Shown one piece after another: positions 29,254 through 39,347 of a stretch of DNA of 64,000 bases (position 1 is its first letter; each line of letters opens with the position of its first letter). This DNA is from a virus. The notes beneath the pieces are model-generated. The model ran no database searches, was not told where the DNA came from, and worked only from the letters and a program-made list of their open reading frames with translations. Both the position numbers and the translations under genes were made by a program. The DNA lies in the IMG/VR virus record IMGVR_UViG_3300032116_000062, positions 1-64,000 of that record. One strand, 5' to 3'.

Positions 29254-32200
29254 AATTAAAAAGAATTTACCACATTGCCGATGTACATATTCGTAATGTC
29301 AAAAGACACAAAGAGTATAGACAAGTATTTGAAAAGATGTTTGAAGAAATCCGTAAAAGAGGAACGGAAGATTCAATAATTTATTTAGCAGGCGATATTG
29401 CACATGCTAAATTGGAAATGTCTCCTGAATTATTAAAGGAGATTAGTTGGTTATTTACCGAATGTTCTAAATTATGTGAAACTATTCTTATTACGGGTAA
29501 CCACGATTGTAATATGAACAATTTGGATAGATTGGATGTTCTTACACCAATTGTAGAAGCATTGGATTTACCAAACTTTCATTATTTGAGAGATACACAG
29601 GTCTATTCTATTGGTGGAGTTGATTTTTCCGTATTCTCTATCTTTGATAATAAAGATAATTGGATTACCGCAGATAAAATGTTTGGTAATAAAAAGATTG
29701 CATTATTTCACGGACCAGTTGATAACTCAATGACAGATGTGGGGTATGTTGTAAGTAGTAGACACTTTACAACGGATATATTTGATGGGTTTGATTTGGC
29801 TTTATTAGGTGATATTCACAAAAGACAAGAAATGATTAGTCCGAAAGGATGTAAGGTTGTATATGCCGGTTCGTTGGTTCAACAAAACTTTGGTGAGACA
29901 TTAGATAAGCACGGATTCCTTGTTTGGGATTTAGATACTATGACATACGAAGCAGTGGATATTCCAAATGATTACGGATACTACACTTTGGATGTTGATA
30001 ACGGATTTGTGCCGGTTGTAAACGATATGCCGAAGCATGCCCGATTGAGAGTTCGTTTATCTAACACAGATACTGCAGATACGAAGAAAGTTCTAACGCA
30101 AATAAAGATGCTGTATGGTATTGAGGATTTAACACTAATTAGAACGGATTCTCTTTCTAAAGTAAAGACGGGAAATAGGCAAGGTAAATTGGAGTTTGAA
30201 GATATTACGGATGTAAATCACCAAAACTCACTAATACAAGATTATGTGAAACGAATGATGCCATTTGTGACTAATTCGGACTTAGCAGAATTGGAAACAA
30301 TAAACAGAGATATAAATAGTAGGATAGTATTGGATGATGTGGCAAAAAATATACAATGGAAACCTATTAAGTTTACATTCAGTAATATGTTTTCATATGG
30401 TGAAGATAATGTTATCAACTTTAATAAACTAAATGGATTGATGGGATTATTCGCACCAAATGCATCAGGTAAATCATCACTATTTGATTCAATCTCTTTC
30501 TGTCTTTACGATAAGAGTAGTAGAGCATTCAAAGCGGCAAATATAATGAACAATCGTAAATCCGATTTTTATTGCCAATTGGATTTTGAAGTAGAGGGTG
30601 TAGAGTATCATATCCGCAGAGAAGCCCGTACAATTAATAAGGGAAAGAACGTAAAAGTGGATGTTCAATTCTGGAGAGTAGTTGATGGTATTGCAGAATC
30701 TTTAAATGGAACAGAGAGGCGAGATACCAACGCAATCATTGAGCAATATGTGGGAACATACGAAGATTTTGTTCTTACTGCATTGAGTTTACAAGGTAAT
30801 AATGCTCTATTCATTGATAAATCCCAAAGTGAGAGAAAGGATTTGTTAGCACAATTTATGGGATTGAATATCTTTGACAAGTTGTATGATACAGCAGTTG
30901 AAGATATTAGAGAAGTAAGTGTACTTATCAAAAATTTTAAGAAAACCGACTTTACGACGGAACTGGCCGAAAAGGGTAAACTCATTAAACAAAAGAAAGA
31001 TGAATTAAAAGATTTACAATCGAAATTAGATACGGAAACAAAAACTAAATTAGGTATTGAAAATACTATATTAGATTTAACAAGAAAACTCACTCCGATA
31101 GATTCTAATTTGGACTTACCAACATTAGAAGAAAAAAGAAAATCAATTTCAAAACAAATTACCGATTTAGAAAAGGAGTATGATACAAAAGAAACGAAAA
31201 TAGAAGAATATAAACAACTAATTTCAGAATTATCCCAATCAATAGATATGATGGGTGATATGGAAGTATCGCACACTGCGTATACCGAAAAATTGAATGA
31301 GTATAAAGTTGAAAAACAAAAGCTAGAGTTATTAGAAGTTAAATTAAATGCAAACAAAGATAAACTTTCACATTTAGAAAAACACGAATACGATCCTAAT
31401 TGTAAGTTTTGTATGAATAATGTGTTTGTAAAGGATGCGTTAAAAACCAAAGAGGAATTAGAACAGCAACAAACGGAATATGATGAATTAGAAACAAATG
31501 TTAATGTTATTAATGGTGTTATTAATGATTTTGGTAATATAGAAGAAAATTACAAAGGATATATTGAAATAAAAAACAAATATTCAAAAGGAAAAGTAAT
31601 ATTAGAAAAAGCGGAAGCTGAATTGAAGGGGTTGGAAACAAAAGAAGAATTATTACAAACTCAATTAGATAAAGTAGAAGAAGATATTGACAAGTACTAT
31701 GAAAACGAAGATACAATTGAAAGTAATAAGGATTTGGAATTGGAGATAAAAGAACAGGAATCACTAAAGAGGAAAATTGAAGGGGTAATACGAGATTTCA
31801 ATAAAGTAATAACCGACACAAATGGTTCTATTGCGCAATTACAATCGTTTATAGACAACATCAAAGGTAAGATGGATGAAGTTAAGGACTTGGAAGAAAA
31901 GAACCGCCTATACACCTATTATTTGGATGCTGTGAAGCGTGATGGAGTTCCATACGAACTTATTTCAAAGGCACTTCCTGTAATACAGAATGAAGTAAAT
32001 AATATTTTAGGACAAGTGGTAGATTTTGGTGTTGTAATGGAAGTGGATGGCAAAAATATCAATGCAAAAATTGTGTATGAGGATCAGGAGTGGGCATTAG
32101 AAATGTGTAGTGGTATGGAGAAGTTTATTAGTGGTCTGGCAATTAGAGTTGCGCTGATAAACATATGTGGTTTACCTCGTCCAAACTTCTTGGTAATCGA

Positions 32201-32378
32201 TGAAGGATTTGGGACATTAGATAGTGATAATCTTTCATCCCTATTTGGTATGATGCAATATCTTAAAACTCAATTTGATTTTATATGGGTAATTTCCCAT
32301 TTAGATGCTATGAGAGATATAGTCGATGGACTTATAGAAATAAAAAAAGAAAATGGATTTAGTAAGATTGATTTTTAA
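29250..32378 (+). CDS. fused SbcD(Mre11/gp47)-SbcC(Rad50/gp46) nuclease-ATPase
   Basis: ADVH, GDIAH, GNHD and LGDIH phosphoesterase motifs; Walker A APNASGKSS; Q-loop; coiled coil with CKFC hook; CSGME signature; VIDEGFGTLD; ISH. Confidence 0.92.
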   Translation: MKLKRIYHIADVHIRNVKRHKEYRQVFEKMFEEIRKRGTEDSIIYLAGDIAHAKLEMSPELLKEISWLFTECSKLCETILITGNHDCNMNNLDRLDVLTPIVEALDLPNFHYLRDTQVYSIGGVDFSVFSIFDNKDNWITADKMFGNKKIALFHGPVDNSMTDVGYVVSSRHFTTDIFDGFDLALLGDIHKRQEMISPKGCKVVYAGSLVQQNFGETLDKHGFLVWDLDTMTYEAVDIPNDYGYYTLDVDNGFVPVVNDMPKHARLRVRLSNTDTADTKKVLTQIKMLYGIEDLTLIRTDSLSKVKTGNRQGKLEFEDITDVNHQNSLIQDYVKRMMPFVTNSDLAELETINRDINSRIVLDDVAKNIQWKPIKFTFSNMFSYGEDNVINFNKLNGLMGLFAPNASGKSSLFDSISFCLYDKSSRAFKAANIMNNRKSDFYCQLDFEVEGVEYHIRREARTINKGKNVKVDVQFWRVVDGIAESLNGTERRDTNAIIEQYVGTYEDFVLTALSLQGNNALFIDKSQSERKDLLAQFMGLNIFDKLYDTAVEDIREVSVLIKNFKKTDFTTELAEKGKLIKQKKDELKDLQSKLDTETKTKLGIENTILDLTRKLTPIDSNLDLPTLEEKRKSISKQITDLEKEYDTKETKIEEYKQLISELSQSIDMMGDMEVSHTAYTEKLNEYKVEKQKLELLEVKLNANKDKLSHLEKHEYDPNCKFCMNNVFVKDALKTKEELEQQQTEYDELETNVNVINGVINDFGNIEENYKGYIEIKNKYSKGKVILEKAEAELKGLETKEELLQTQLDKVEEDIDKYYENEDTIESNKDLELEIKEQESLKRKIEGVIRDFNKVITDTNGSIAQLQSFIDNIKGKMDEVKDLEEKNRLYTYYLDAVKRDGVPYELISKALPVIQNEVNNILGQVVDFGVVMEVDGKNINAKIVYEDQEWALEMCSGMEKFISGLAIRVALINICGLPRPNFLVIDEGFGTLDSDNLSSLFGMMQYLKTQFDFIWVISHLDAMRDIVDGLIEIKKENGFSKIDF

Positions 32379-32544
32379 CACTAACTTTATCGGCCTTCAA
32401 CACACTTGATGGAGTTTTTGTAACACCTATGTGTTTTTTAATCAGATTCTCTACTAAACTTCCCATTTTAAACCCATGTTCTTCACAATAATTTTTGAGA
32501 AGTTCGTGGGTTTCTTTTTTTATCTGTAACATTGCGTATTTCAT
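32359..32544 (-). CDS. ribbon-helix-helix-like DNA-binding protein
   Basis: MKYAMLQIKKETHELLKNYCEEHGFKMGSLVENLI: beta strand then two helices; ATATTTAT upstream on the - strand (32584-32591). Confidence 0.65.
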   Translation of the reverse strand: MKYAMLQIKKETHELLKNYCEEHGFKMGSLVENLIKKHIGVTKTPSSVLKADKVSVKNQSY

Positions 32545-32550
32545 AACCTT

Positions 32551-32580
32551 TAGTTTTCTTTAGTATTTATTAGTTTTCTA
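32551..32580. repeat. three tandem imperfect 10-bp repeats (putative operator)
   Basis: TAGTTTTCTT / TAGTATTTAT / TAGTTTTCTA between divergent genes. Confidence 0.6.
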
Positions 32581-32610
32581 TACATAAATATATAACATTT
32601 AAATAAATGA

Positions 32611-32618
32611 ATATTTAT
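32611..32618 (+). promoter_or_regulatory. putative late promoter ATATTTAT
   Basis: octamer 13 nt upstream of the tail-fibre ATG. Confidence 0.6.
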
Positions 32619-32631
32619 AGAAAACGCAAAA

Positions 32632-35600
32632 ATGGCGATTCTTAAAAAAACATTATTTCCTGAAGATTTAGAAAAGTATAAAGTATTAATAGAGGATACG
32701 GATCCTGATAGTAGATATTTTAGAATAAGTGAACTGGATGATACATTTACAGGAGGAAAAAATGCGTTTTTAATACAGGGTTCTGAAGAGTTAGTTGCTG
32801 ATACGATTGTAAAAATTGAAATAAAAGATTCTTTAGGAAATATAATTTATCACGAACCAGGAGAAGGTATACCAGAATACTATGAGGGGGTTTCAAAAGT
32901 TGTAGCAGTTTATATATACCCAGATACGTTATTCGGTCCATGTACTATAACAATACTTGGAGAACTTAAAGAATATGAAACTATAAATGGTTTAAAAGTT
33001 CCTGTTCCATTTGAATGGCAAAATAAGTATAATGTTAGGTGGCAAAAAACTGTGAATGTAAATCCACTTTTATCAAATACTACAAAAGTTAGATTTTATC
33101 GTAGGCCAAAGGTTGATATAACTGAATCAATACTTCCGATTTATAACAGAAGTGTTGATAGAAAAACAATATCAGGATCAGTTGATGGAATTGCAATCAG
33201 TCCAATTGAAGGTGAAGATTATAAAAGTTTTAAAGGAATATTACAATATAATTTAGAGATAACAAATAATGCAAATTTATCTCAATCAATGGAAGGTGAA
33301 ATAATAACCATAAATGGGTTATCAAAAGAATATTCACCAACTATAACAGATATTACTACTAATAAAAAATGTTTAGTAAATATCCCATATTATATAACTT
33401 CTTCTTTCTATCCAAACTATGAAAGTGTAACATCATTTGCATCGGCATCTTACACAATGTCGTATGATGAACAGATACTTTTTACAAATTCAAATGTTAG
33501 TTCATCTTTTGCAAGGATTAAGATAACAGATTTAGAAACATTTGCCGGCGATGCAAGTAGAATAAAAATTTATGCAAAAAGCCGTAACTCTTTGGGAGAT
33601 TACGAATTGTTGGAAGATATTCAATTAGAAAGTAATGAATTATTAATTACCGATGAATTTAATAATGAATTAAATGTAAGAACAGGAATTTTTTCGCAAC
33701 AAATTTTAGACAACTTTTGGGTTACGCAATCATTAGAATCGGTAGTTAATTTATCATTGGATAATGAATTGTTATTTCAATCTGCAAAATTAGAAAGAAG
33801 TTCACCAATATCATCATCGACTGGATTATTTAAATTTTATTCATCGCAATCATTAGATTTTACAAAATTTACCGAATATCAATTGGATTTTACACCATTG
33901 TTAAGTTCATCTGATGGTTTGGCTAAAATAGAAATATATGCTAGTGGTTCTGCATTCGTTGATACCGATGTTGCGACAGATAATGGTAAATTATTAGGAA
34001 GTATAGAAACAACAAAAAATTTTACAAGATTTGATAAACAACAAATTAATTTTAATCCTGATTCCAACGGAACCGGAAATTTAGTTTTTTTAGTAAAAAA
34101 TGGAGATTGGCAAATATCGAATATTGCATTGAGGGCGGCCGAAGAATCTTCTTTTTCACCAAATGAAGTTACTTTAATAGCAAATGTACCTACAAGAATT
34201 AATAATGAAACGTTTGATTTTAGAGTAGAAATATATGATATTAATAATAATTACATTCCTGTAAAAATTGAAAAATCGTATACTTTTACCGGTGGAAACG
34301 ATTTATTAATCAATAGGAATTTGGAAGTAAACGTATCAAATAATTCATTTAATTTTAATACAGCATCCGCATTCCCATCTACTATCTTAATAGATTATTT
34401 TAAAACAGCTTTAACAGGTGCAGTATCATTTTACTCATCTGCGGTAGATACAACAGGTGCAGAAATTACAATTGGTGATTTAAATCCATCTACAAATTAT
34501 CCTGGATTTTTAATAGATGTGGATTCCGATACTAAACAACTTACTTTAGAAAATTTTACAGCATCTTTAGCATCAAAAACGGTTGGTGCAATATATTACA
34601 CAGCAAGTTGTGAAAATATAAATAGATATTTTACCATATTCAGAATAGATCAGGGTGCACCATCTTATTTATTTTACGCAACTGCTGATAAAAATAATTT
34701 TACATTTAATCCAGACTACTATTATAAATCTGTTGTTGATAACGATTATATTGATATTAGATTGGTGCAGCAAAACTTACCTGCAATTTTACCGCCAAAT
34801 AGTTTAAGTATATATTCGGCATCCTTATCAGGTCCAATTGTTGGTGGTGGTAAATATACCGCACCTTTACATTATGTTGGTGGTATAGGAAATGCATCTA
34901 TATATCGACTATATGTCACATCATCTGCACATCAATCATACCCTACGGGCGATGGTTATTATTTTGATCTTGGACAATCTACATATGATTTCGAATTAGT
35001 GACATCCGATGGAACGTTTACATCATCTGTGACGGTCGATGCGATTGAGAGAGGTGCAACTGCACCTATTATAAATATTTCAAATGAGAATGTATCTTTA
35101 CCTGCAACATCTACCGGAGTTATAGCTCCTGCCGCATATTCGGCCACAACGGGATCTATATCTGTAAAAGTTGTTGATAGAACTATAAATTACGCATCAC
35201 CGATAACAAATGATGCATTCAGTGCTTCAGTAAAACAATCATCAGGTGTAAGTGGTGCTAATATAAATTCAAATGCACAATATTCTATAACTCAACTGAA
35301 TTCCGATAGTGGTAGTATTACATTAGAAATTGAATATAAAAATAGTAGAGGTAGTAGTAGTTTATTTGAAAAAGAAATAAACTATATAAAAAATAAAAAT
35401 GCAGTACCAAACGTAATGATTGTTGCAACACCACAAGCACAGGCGGTACTTGCTGATCAATATGGTACACAGGCGGGTACATTATCAAATGTTACAATTG
35501 ATGCTTTGGAAGGAAATACGAGTAGATTTACATCAATGGTTATTGCATCTACTTCAGGATTTTCAACTCCACCAACCGTTAGTGGTCAAACTTTAACAAT

Positions 35601-38364
35601 GACTTCCGCTATAATGAATGCAGCTGAGGCCTCTGTTGAACTGACTGTTACACATACGGATAGTGAAGGAACTGTGGGGCAGACAAAGACTATAATAGTT
35701 AGAGCCACAAAAGTCAATACAGGTGCAAACGGATCAAATGGTTCAAATGGTTCACCGGGTGCAAATGCGGTAAGCATACAAATAAATCCACCAACACAAA
35801 CTATAACAAAATCAAATACAGGAACATATTCAGCGGTATCTCCTTTTACGGTTTTAGTAACAGAAACGGGCTCACTTTTAACATACGTTAGTGGTAATCC
35901 AACTTTAAATAATGGTGAATTTAAAATAACAAACGTATATAGTGGAAGTGGTATAACAAATGGTAATCCGGCAACATCAAATACAATAACACCAATATCA
36001 CCAACAAGCGTTGCACCATATAATACAACATTTGGTGTAACATATAAAAATTCAATTGGTATAGAATCCGTTACCATCCCATTTTCTCATAGTGTTATTA
36101 CAGTTTTAGATGGACAAACAGGACCAGGAGTCGTATTTACTGGAGTTTGGGAATCGGGCAGAGCATATCAATTTAGTTCAGGTGCCGGTACGGGCAGGAG
36201 AGATGTGGTATTATGGAGTACATCGGGTACCGCACCATACGATACATATTATGCTGCCATTAGACAGCACGTATCTGCGGGTGGTAATGTGGCTGATGGT
36301 GCTCCGCATCAAGGAAATCAAACTGGTTGGGAAAGTTTAGGCACACAAGATTTCTTTGTGGCTGCGAAAATAGGTTTGTTTGAAGAATCGTATGTACAAA
36401 ATACTTTAAACGTTGGTACTAATAATAATGGTGGAGTATCAACTGCGAATATTACATTGGCAGGTGGTACGCAATATCCATATATTTCATTGGGACAGAC
36501 TGTGCAAGGAGTTTATAATGCCGATGGAATTTATATAGGTAATGATAGTGGTAACTATAGAATGTCATTAAAGGGTGCGAATGGTGCATTGGCTTGGGAT
36601 GGTTCAAATTTAAATGTAAGTGGTGCAGTAAAAGCAACAAGTGGTGATTTTGAAGGATATATGACAGTTGCCGGCGGTAGTATGAAAATAGGAAAGGATG
36701 TCCAAAGTACAAACGATGGAATATACATTAATCCAAACAACTATTGGTATTCTAATGGTAATTTTAAAGCAGGTGGTGATGCGGGATATATGAGTTTTGA
36801 TGGAACTACCTTATTTGTATCCGGAGCAATATCATCATCCGAAGGTAGTTTGGGTGGTTGGAAGTTAACGGATTCTGCAATATATAGAGGAACAATCGGT
36901 TCTGATGATTCATTTACAAGTAATGGTGGTGATATAACATTGGGTAGTGGTTGGATATCGGCAAAGGAGTTTAGAGTTAATTCTGCAGGTAATGCGTTCT
37001 TTAGTGGAAGTATCACAGGTGGTAGTATTAATATAGGAAATGGTAAATTTATTGTGACAACTGCTGGAACTGCCACTCTTTCTGGATCAATTCATACTAC
37101 CGGCGGAACAATTGGTGGTTGGGTCGTTGATGGTGCGGTGTTGAGAGATGTTAATAGTAGAATACTTTTAAATCCCGGAACACCGTCAATTGATATTTAC
37201 GATACATCTAATGTCAAAAGATTGACTATGAAGTATGGTTTATTGACATCTGTAAACTCATCTGCAACAATTACAATAGATCCACCATCACATTCCCCAT
37301 CTTATGAAAGAATATTTAGTGGAGATGGTGAAAGAAGAAGTGGAACTTATAATTCTTTTTATGCATCCGAAGCGGGTACATATACAGGAACATATACTTA
37401 TGTAGCGGTTAATAGTGTTGCTACCACAGGACCAGCGTGGAGTGGATATTTTTCCGTATACAGATATGTGTTGATAACGGATAGTAATGATATTCCTATT
37501 GCAACTATTTCTGCAGGCGGTGATTCTGCATTTAGTAATAATGAAACTTTAAATCTTGTTGGAGGTTCTTACACATTTTATTTGACCATACCGGCGGCCG
37601 GCACATATAGAGTATATTCTGTATTAGAATATATCGCATATCCAAGTAGTTATGGATCCGGTGTATATGTGGATATAAATGCAAATAGTTGGAATGATTC
37701 ATCTTTTAATGGAAATATACAGCTTAATATAGCGGAAATTTCGGATGATGGATTTCAGGTAATTTCATCTGCAAATAGTTATTGTATAATAAAAAGAGGT
37801 GGAGTATATGCTATAGAAGCAAAAGGTGGGTTACTTATAGAAGGTAATGGAGCCGAATTATATATGGCCGGCAAAGTTCATCCATTGGTGGGTAATACAC
37901 ATGATTTAGGATCAACTGGTAATAGATGGAAAACGGTTTGGACTAATAACGCATTAAATACTACATCTGATGAACGATTTAAAAATTCAATTGAAGATAC
38001 TGATTTGGGTTTAGAATTTATCAATAATTTAAGACCAGTAAAATATAAAAATAATGCGGCTACTACTCCAAGATATCATTATGGATTGATTGCACAGGAA
38101 ATAATATCCACATTAAATGATTTTGGAAAAACAACTGATGATGTTGGATTTATTGCAAGTGCATCGGTTAACTACACCGTAGCAGAAATAGAAGAACTAA
38201 AAACCAAACCGCATTGGAGTTCAATTGAAACAGAAATAAGTGCATCCATACGACAAGAATTGGGATTATCATATACCGAACTATTATCTCCTATGATTAA
38301 AGCAATACAACAATTATCTGATAGAGTTTTGGAATTAGAAGCAAAAATAAGTGGTTCTATATGA
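32632..38364 (+). CDS. tail fibre/receptor-binding protein with C-terminal intramolecular chaperone (peptidase S74-like)
   Basis: collagen-like GANGSNGSNGSPGAN (35722-35766); Gly-rich beta repeats (GSLGGW, GTIGGW); TSDERFKN...GLIAQE...LSPMIKAIQQL chaperone from 37966. Confidence 0.85.
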   Translation: MAILKKTLFPEDLEKYKVLIEDTDPDSRYFRISELDDTFTGGKNAFLIQGSEELVADTIVKIEIKDSLGNIIYHEPGEGIPEYYEGVSKVVAVYIYPDTLFGPCTITILGELKEYETINGLKVPVPFEWQNKYNVRWQKTVNVNPLLSNTTKVRFYRRPKVDITESILPIYNRSVDRKTISGSVDGIAISPIEGEDYKSFKGILQYNLEITNNANLSQSMEGEIITINGLSKEYSPTITDITTNKKCLVNIPYYITSSFYPNYESVTSFASASYTMSYDEQILFTNSNVSSSFARIKITDLETFAGDASRIKIYAKSRNSLGDYELLEDIQLESNELLITDEFNNELNVRTGIFSQQILDNFWVTQSLESVVNLSLDNELLFQSAKLERSSPISSSTGLFKFYSSQSLDFTKFTEYQLDFTPLLSSSDGLAKIEIYASGSAFVDTDVATDNGKLLGSIETTKNFTRFDKQQINFNPDSNGTGNLVFLVKNGDWQISNIALRAAEESSFSPNEVTLIANVPTRINNETFDFRVEIYDINNNYIPVKIEKSYTFTGGNDLLINRNLEVNVSNNSFNFNTASAFPSTILIDYFKTALTGAVSFYSSAVDTTGAEITIGDLNPSTNYPGFLIDVDSDTKQLTLENFTASLASKTVGAIYYTASCENINRYFTIFRIDQGAPSYLFYATADKNNFTFNPDYYYKSVVDNDYIDIRLVQQNLPAILPPNSLSIYSASLSGPIVGGGKYTAPLHYVGGIGNASIYRLYVTSSAHQSYPTGDGYYFDLGQSTYDFELVTSDGTFTSSVTVDAIERGATAPIINISNENVSLPATSTGVIAPAAYSATTGSISVKVVDRTINYASPITNDAFSASVKQSSGVSGANINSNAQYSITQLNSDSGSITLEIEYKNSRGSSSLFEKEINYIKNKNAVPNVMIVATPQAQAVLADQYGTQAGTLSNVTIDALEGNTSRFTSMVIASTSGFSTPPTVSGQTLTMTSAIMNAAEASVELTVTHTDSEGTVGQTKTIIVRATKVNTGANGSNGSNGSPGANAVSIQINPPTQTITKSNTGTYSAVSPFTVLVTETGSLLTYVSGNPTLNNGEFKITNVYSGSGITNGNPATSNTITPISPTSVAPYNTTFGVTYKNSIGIESVTIPFSHSVITVLDGQTGPGVVFTGVWESGRAYQFSSGAGTGRRDVVLWSTSGTAPYDTYYAAIRQHVSAGGNVADGAPHQGNQTGWESLGTQDFFVAAKIGLFEESYVQNTLNVGTNNNGGVSTANITLAGGTQYPYISLGQTVQGVYNADGIYIGNDSGNYRMSLKGANGALAWDGSNLNVSGAVKATSGDFEGYMTVAGGSMKIGKDVQSTNDGIYINPNNYWYSNGNFKAGGDAGYMSFDGTTLFVSGAISSSEGSLGGWKLTDSAIYRGTIGSDDSFTSNGGDITLGSGWISAKEFRVNSAGNAFFSGSITGGSINIGNGKFIVTTAGTATLSGSIHTTGGTIGGWVVDGAVLRDVNSRILLNPGTPSIDIYDTSNVKRLTMKYGLLTSVNSSATITIDPPSHSPSYERIFSGDGERRSGTYNSFYASEAGTYTGTYTYVAVNSVATTGPAWSGYFSVYRYVLITDSNDIPIATISAGGDSAFSNNETLNLVGGSYTFYLTIPAAGTYRVYSVLEYIAYPSSYGSGVYVDINANSWNDSSFNGNIQLNIAEISDDGFQVISSANSYCIIKRGGVYAIEAKGGLLIEGNGAELYMAGKVHPLVGNTHDLGSTGNRWKTVWTNNALNTTSDERFKNSIEDTDLGLEFINNLRPVKYKNNAATTPRYHYGLIAQEIISTLNDFGKTTDDVGFIASASVNYTVAEIEELKTKPHWSSIETEISASIRQELGLSYTELLSPMIKAIQQLSDRVLELEAKISGSI

Positions 38365-39347
38365 TAGTTTTTATTACAACAGGTTACGGAAAAAATGTTA
38401 TAGGTGGTTCGGATATTTGGTGTAATAATTTTATCGAAAATGTTATTCCATTATTAAAGTCCGAATATAAAATAATAGTAGATAATAGGCCTTTACAAAA
38501 AGATGAAAATATTATATACACATGGCAAAATGATGAAGAAGTTGATTCTATTTTAGAAAAATGTGAAAAAATAATATTTCTACACCATTCATATAAAGAA
38601 AACCCTATAATTAAAAAGTGGTTACATAAAACGTATCTTACATTTGTTCATGCTTTTATTCCAGATATGGTAGGTTTAAAGGATGAATACGAAAACCTAA
38701 TGACCCGATTAGATTGGCATTGGCAGAAGGATATTTTAGATAACTCTGAAAATATAGTTTGGATTGGTTATGAAAATGATACTATTCACACATATTATCC
38801 ACAAACAAAAACTGTTACAAATTATTATGAATGGAAAAATAAAAAACCATTTACAGAAATAGTTAATAACAGAATAGGTTATGCGGCAAGATGTGAAACA
38901 CGAAAGAATGCGGATTATTTGGATTCATTACCTGCATATGTTTTTTCAAATGAATATGATTATAAACGAATGTTGGAAGCATCAAAAATAAATTCAGAAT
39001 TTCATATATTTCAAAAATTTGATTATAAATTTCATCAAACATTTTTTAATAAAAATTTTCAAATATTCCACGCAGCGTATACAAAAGAACCGTTTGGTTA
39101 TGCAATATTTGATGCAATAGATAATGGTAAATTACCTATAATAGATTCTCATTGGATGAAAGGAATTAAGTACAGATATAGAGCAATGAATAAACAACAA
39201 TTTCACTACCAATGGTTACGGATATTGGAAGATGGTTTTGAAAAAAATAAAAAACAATTTGATAGATTGAAAGCAGGACTTGAAAAATACACAGATAAAC
39301 AAAAATGGGTTTCAGAAATATGCAGTTACTTAACGAAATACTTATAA
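38361..39347 (+). CDS. glycosyltransferase, GT-B fold (GT4-like)
   Basis: N-terminal GGSD; R.ETRKN; EPFGYAIFDA variant of the E-x7-E motif. Confidence 0.65.
   Translation: MIVFITTGYGKNVIGGSDIWCNNFIENVIPLLKSEYKIIVDNRPLQKDENIIYTWQNDEEVDSILEKCEKIIFLHHSYKENPIIKKWLHKTYLTFVHAFIPDMVGLKDEYENLMTRLDWHWQKDILDNSENIVWIGYENDTIHTYYPQTKTVTNYYEWKNKKPFTEIVNNRIGYAARCETRKNADYLDSLPAYVFSNEYDYKRMLEASKINSEFHIFQKFDYKFHQTFFNKNFQIFHAAYTKEPFGYAIFDAIDNGKLPIIDSHWMKGIKYRYRAMNKQQFHYQWLRILEDGFEKNKKQFDRLKAGLEKYTDKQKWVSEICSYLTKYL

Noticed and set aside
36110-36340. Alternative-frame + strand ORFs inside the tail fibre and sugar genes (also 60211..60414, 60574..60774, 61601..61849)
   Set aside because: Fully or largely nested in confident CDSs, with no motifs or initiation context
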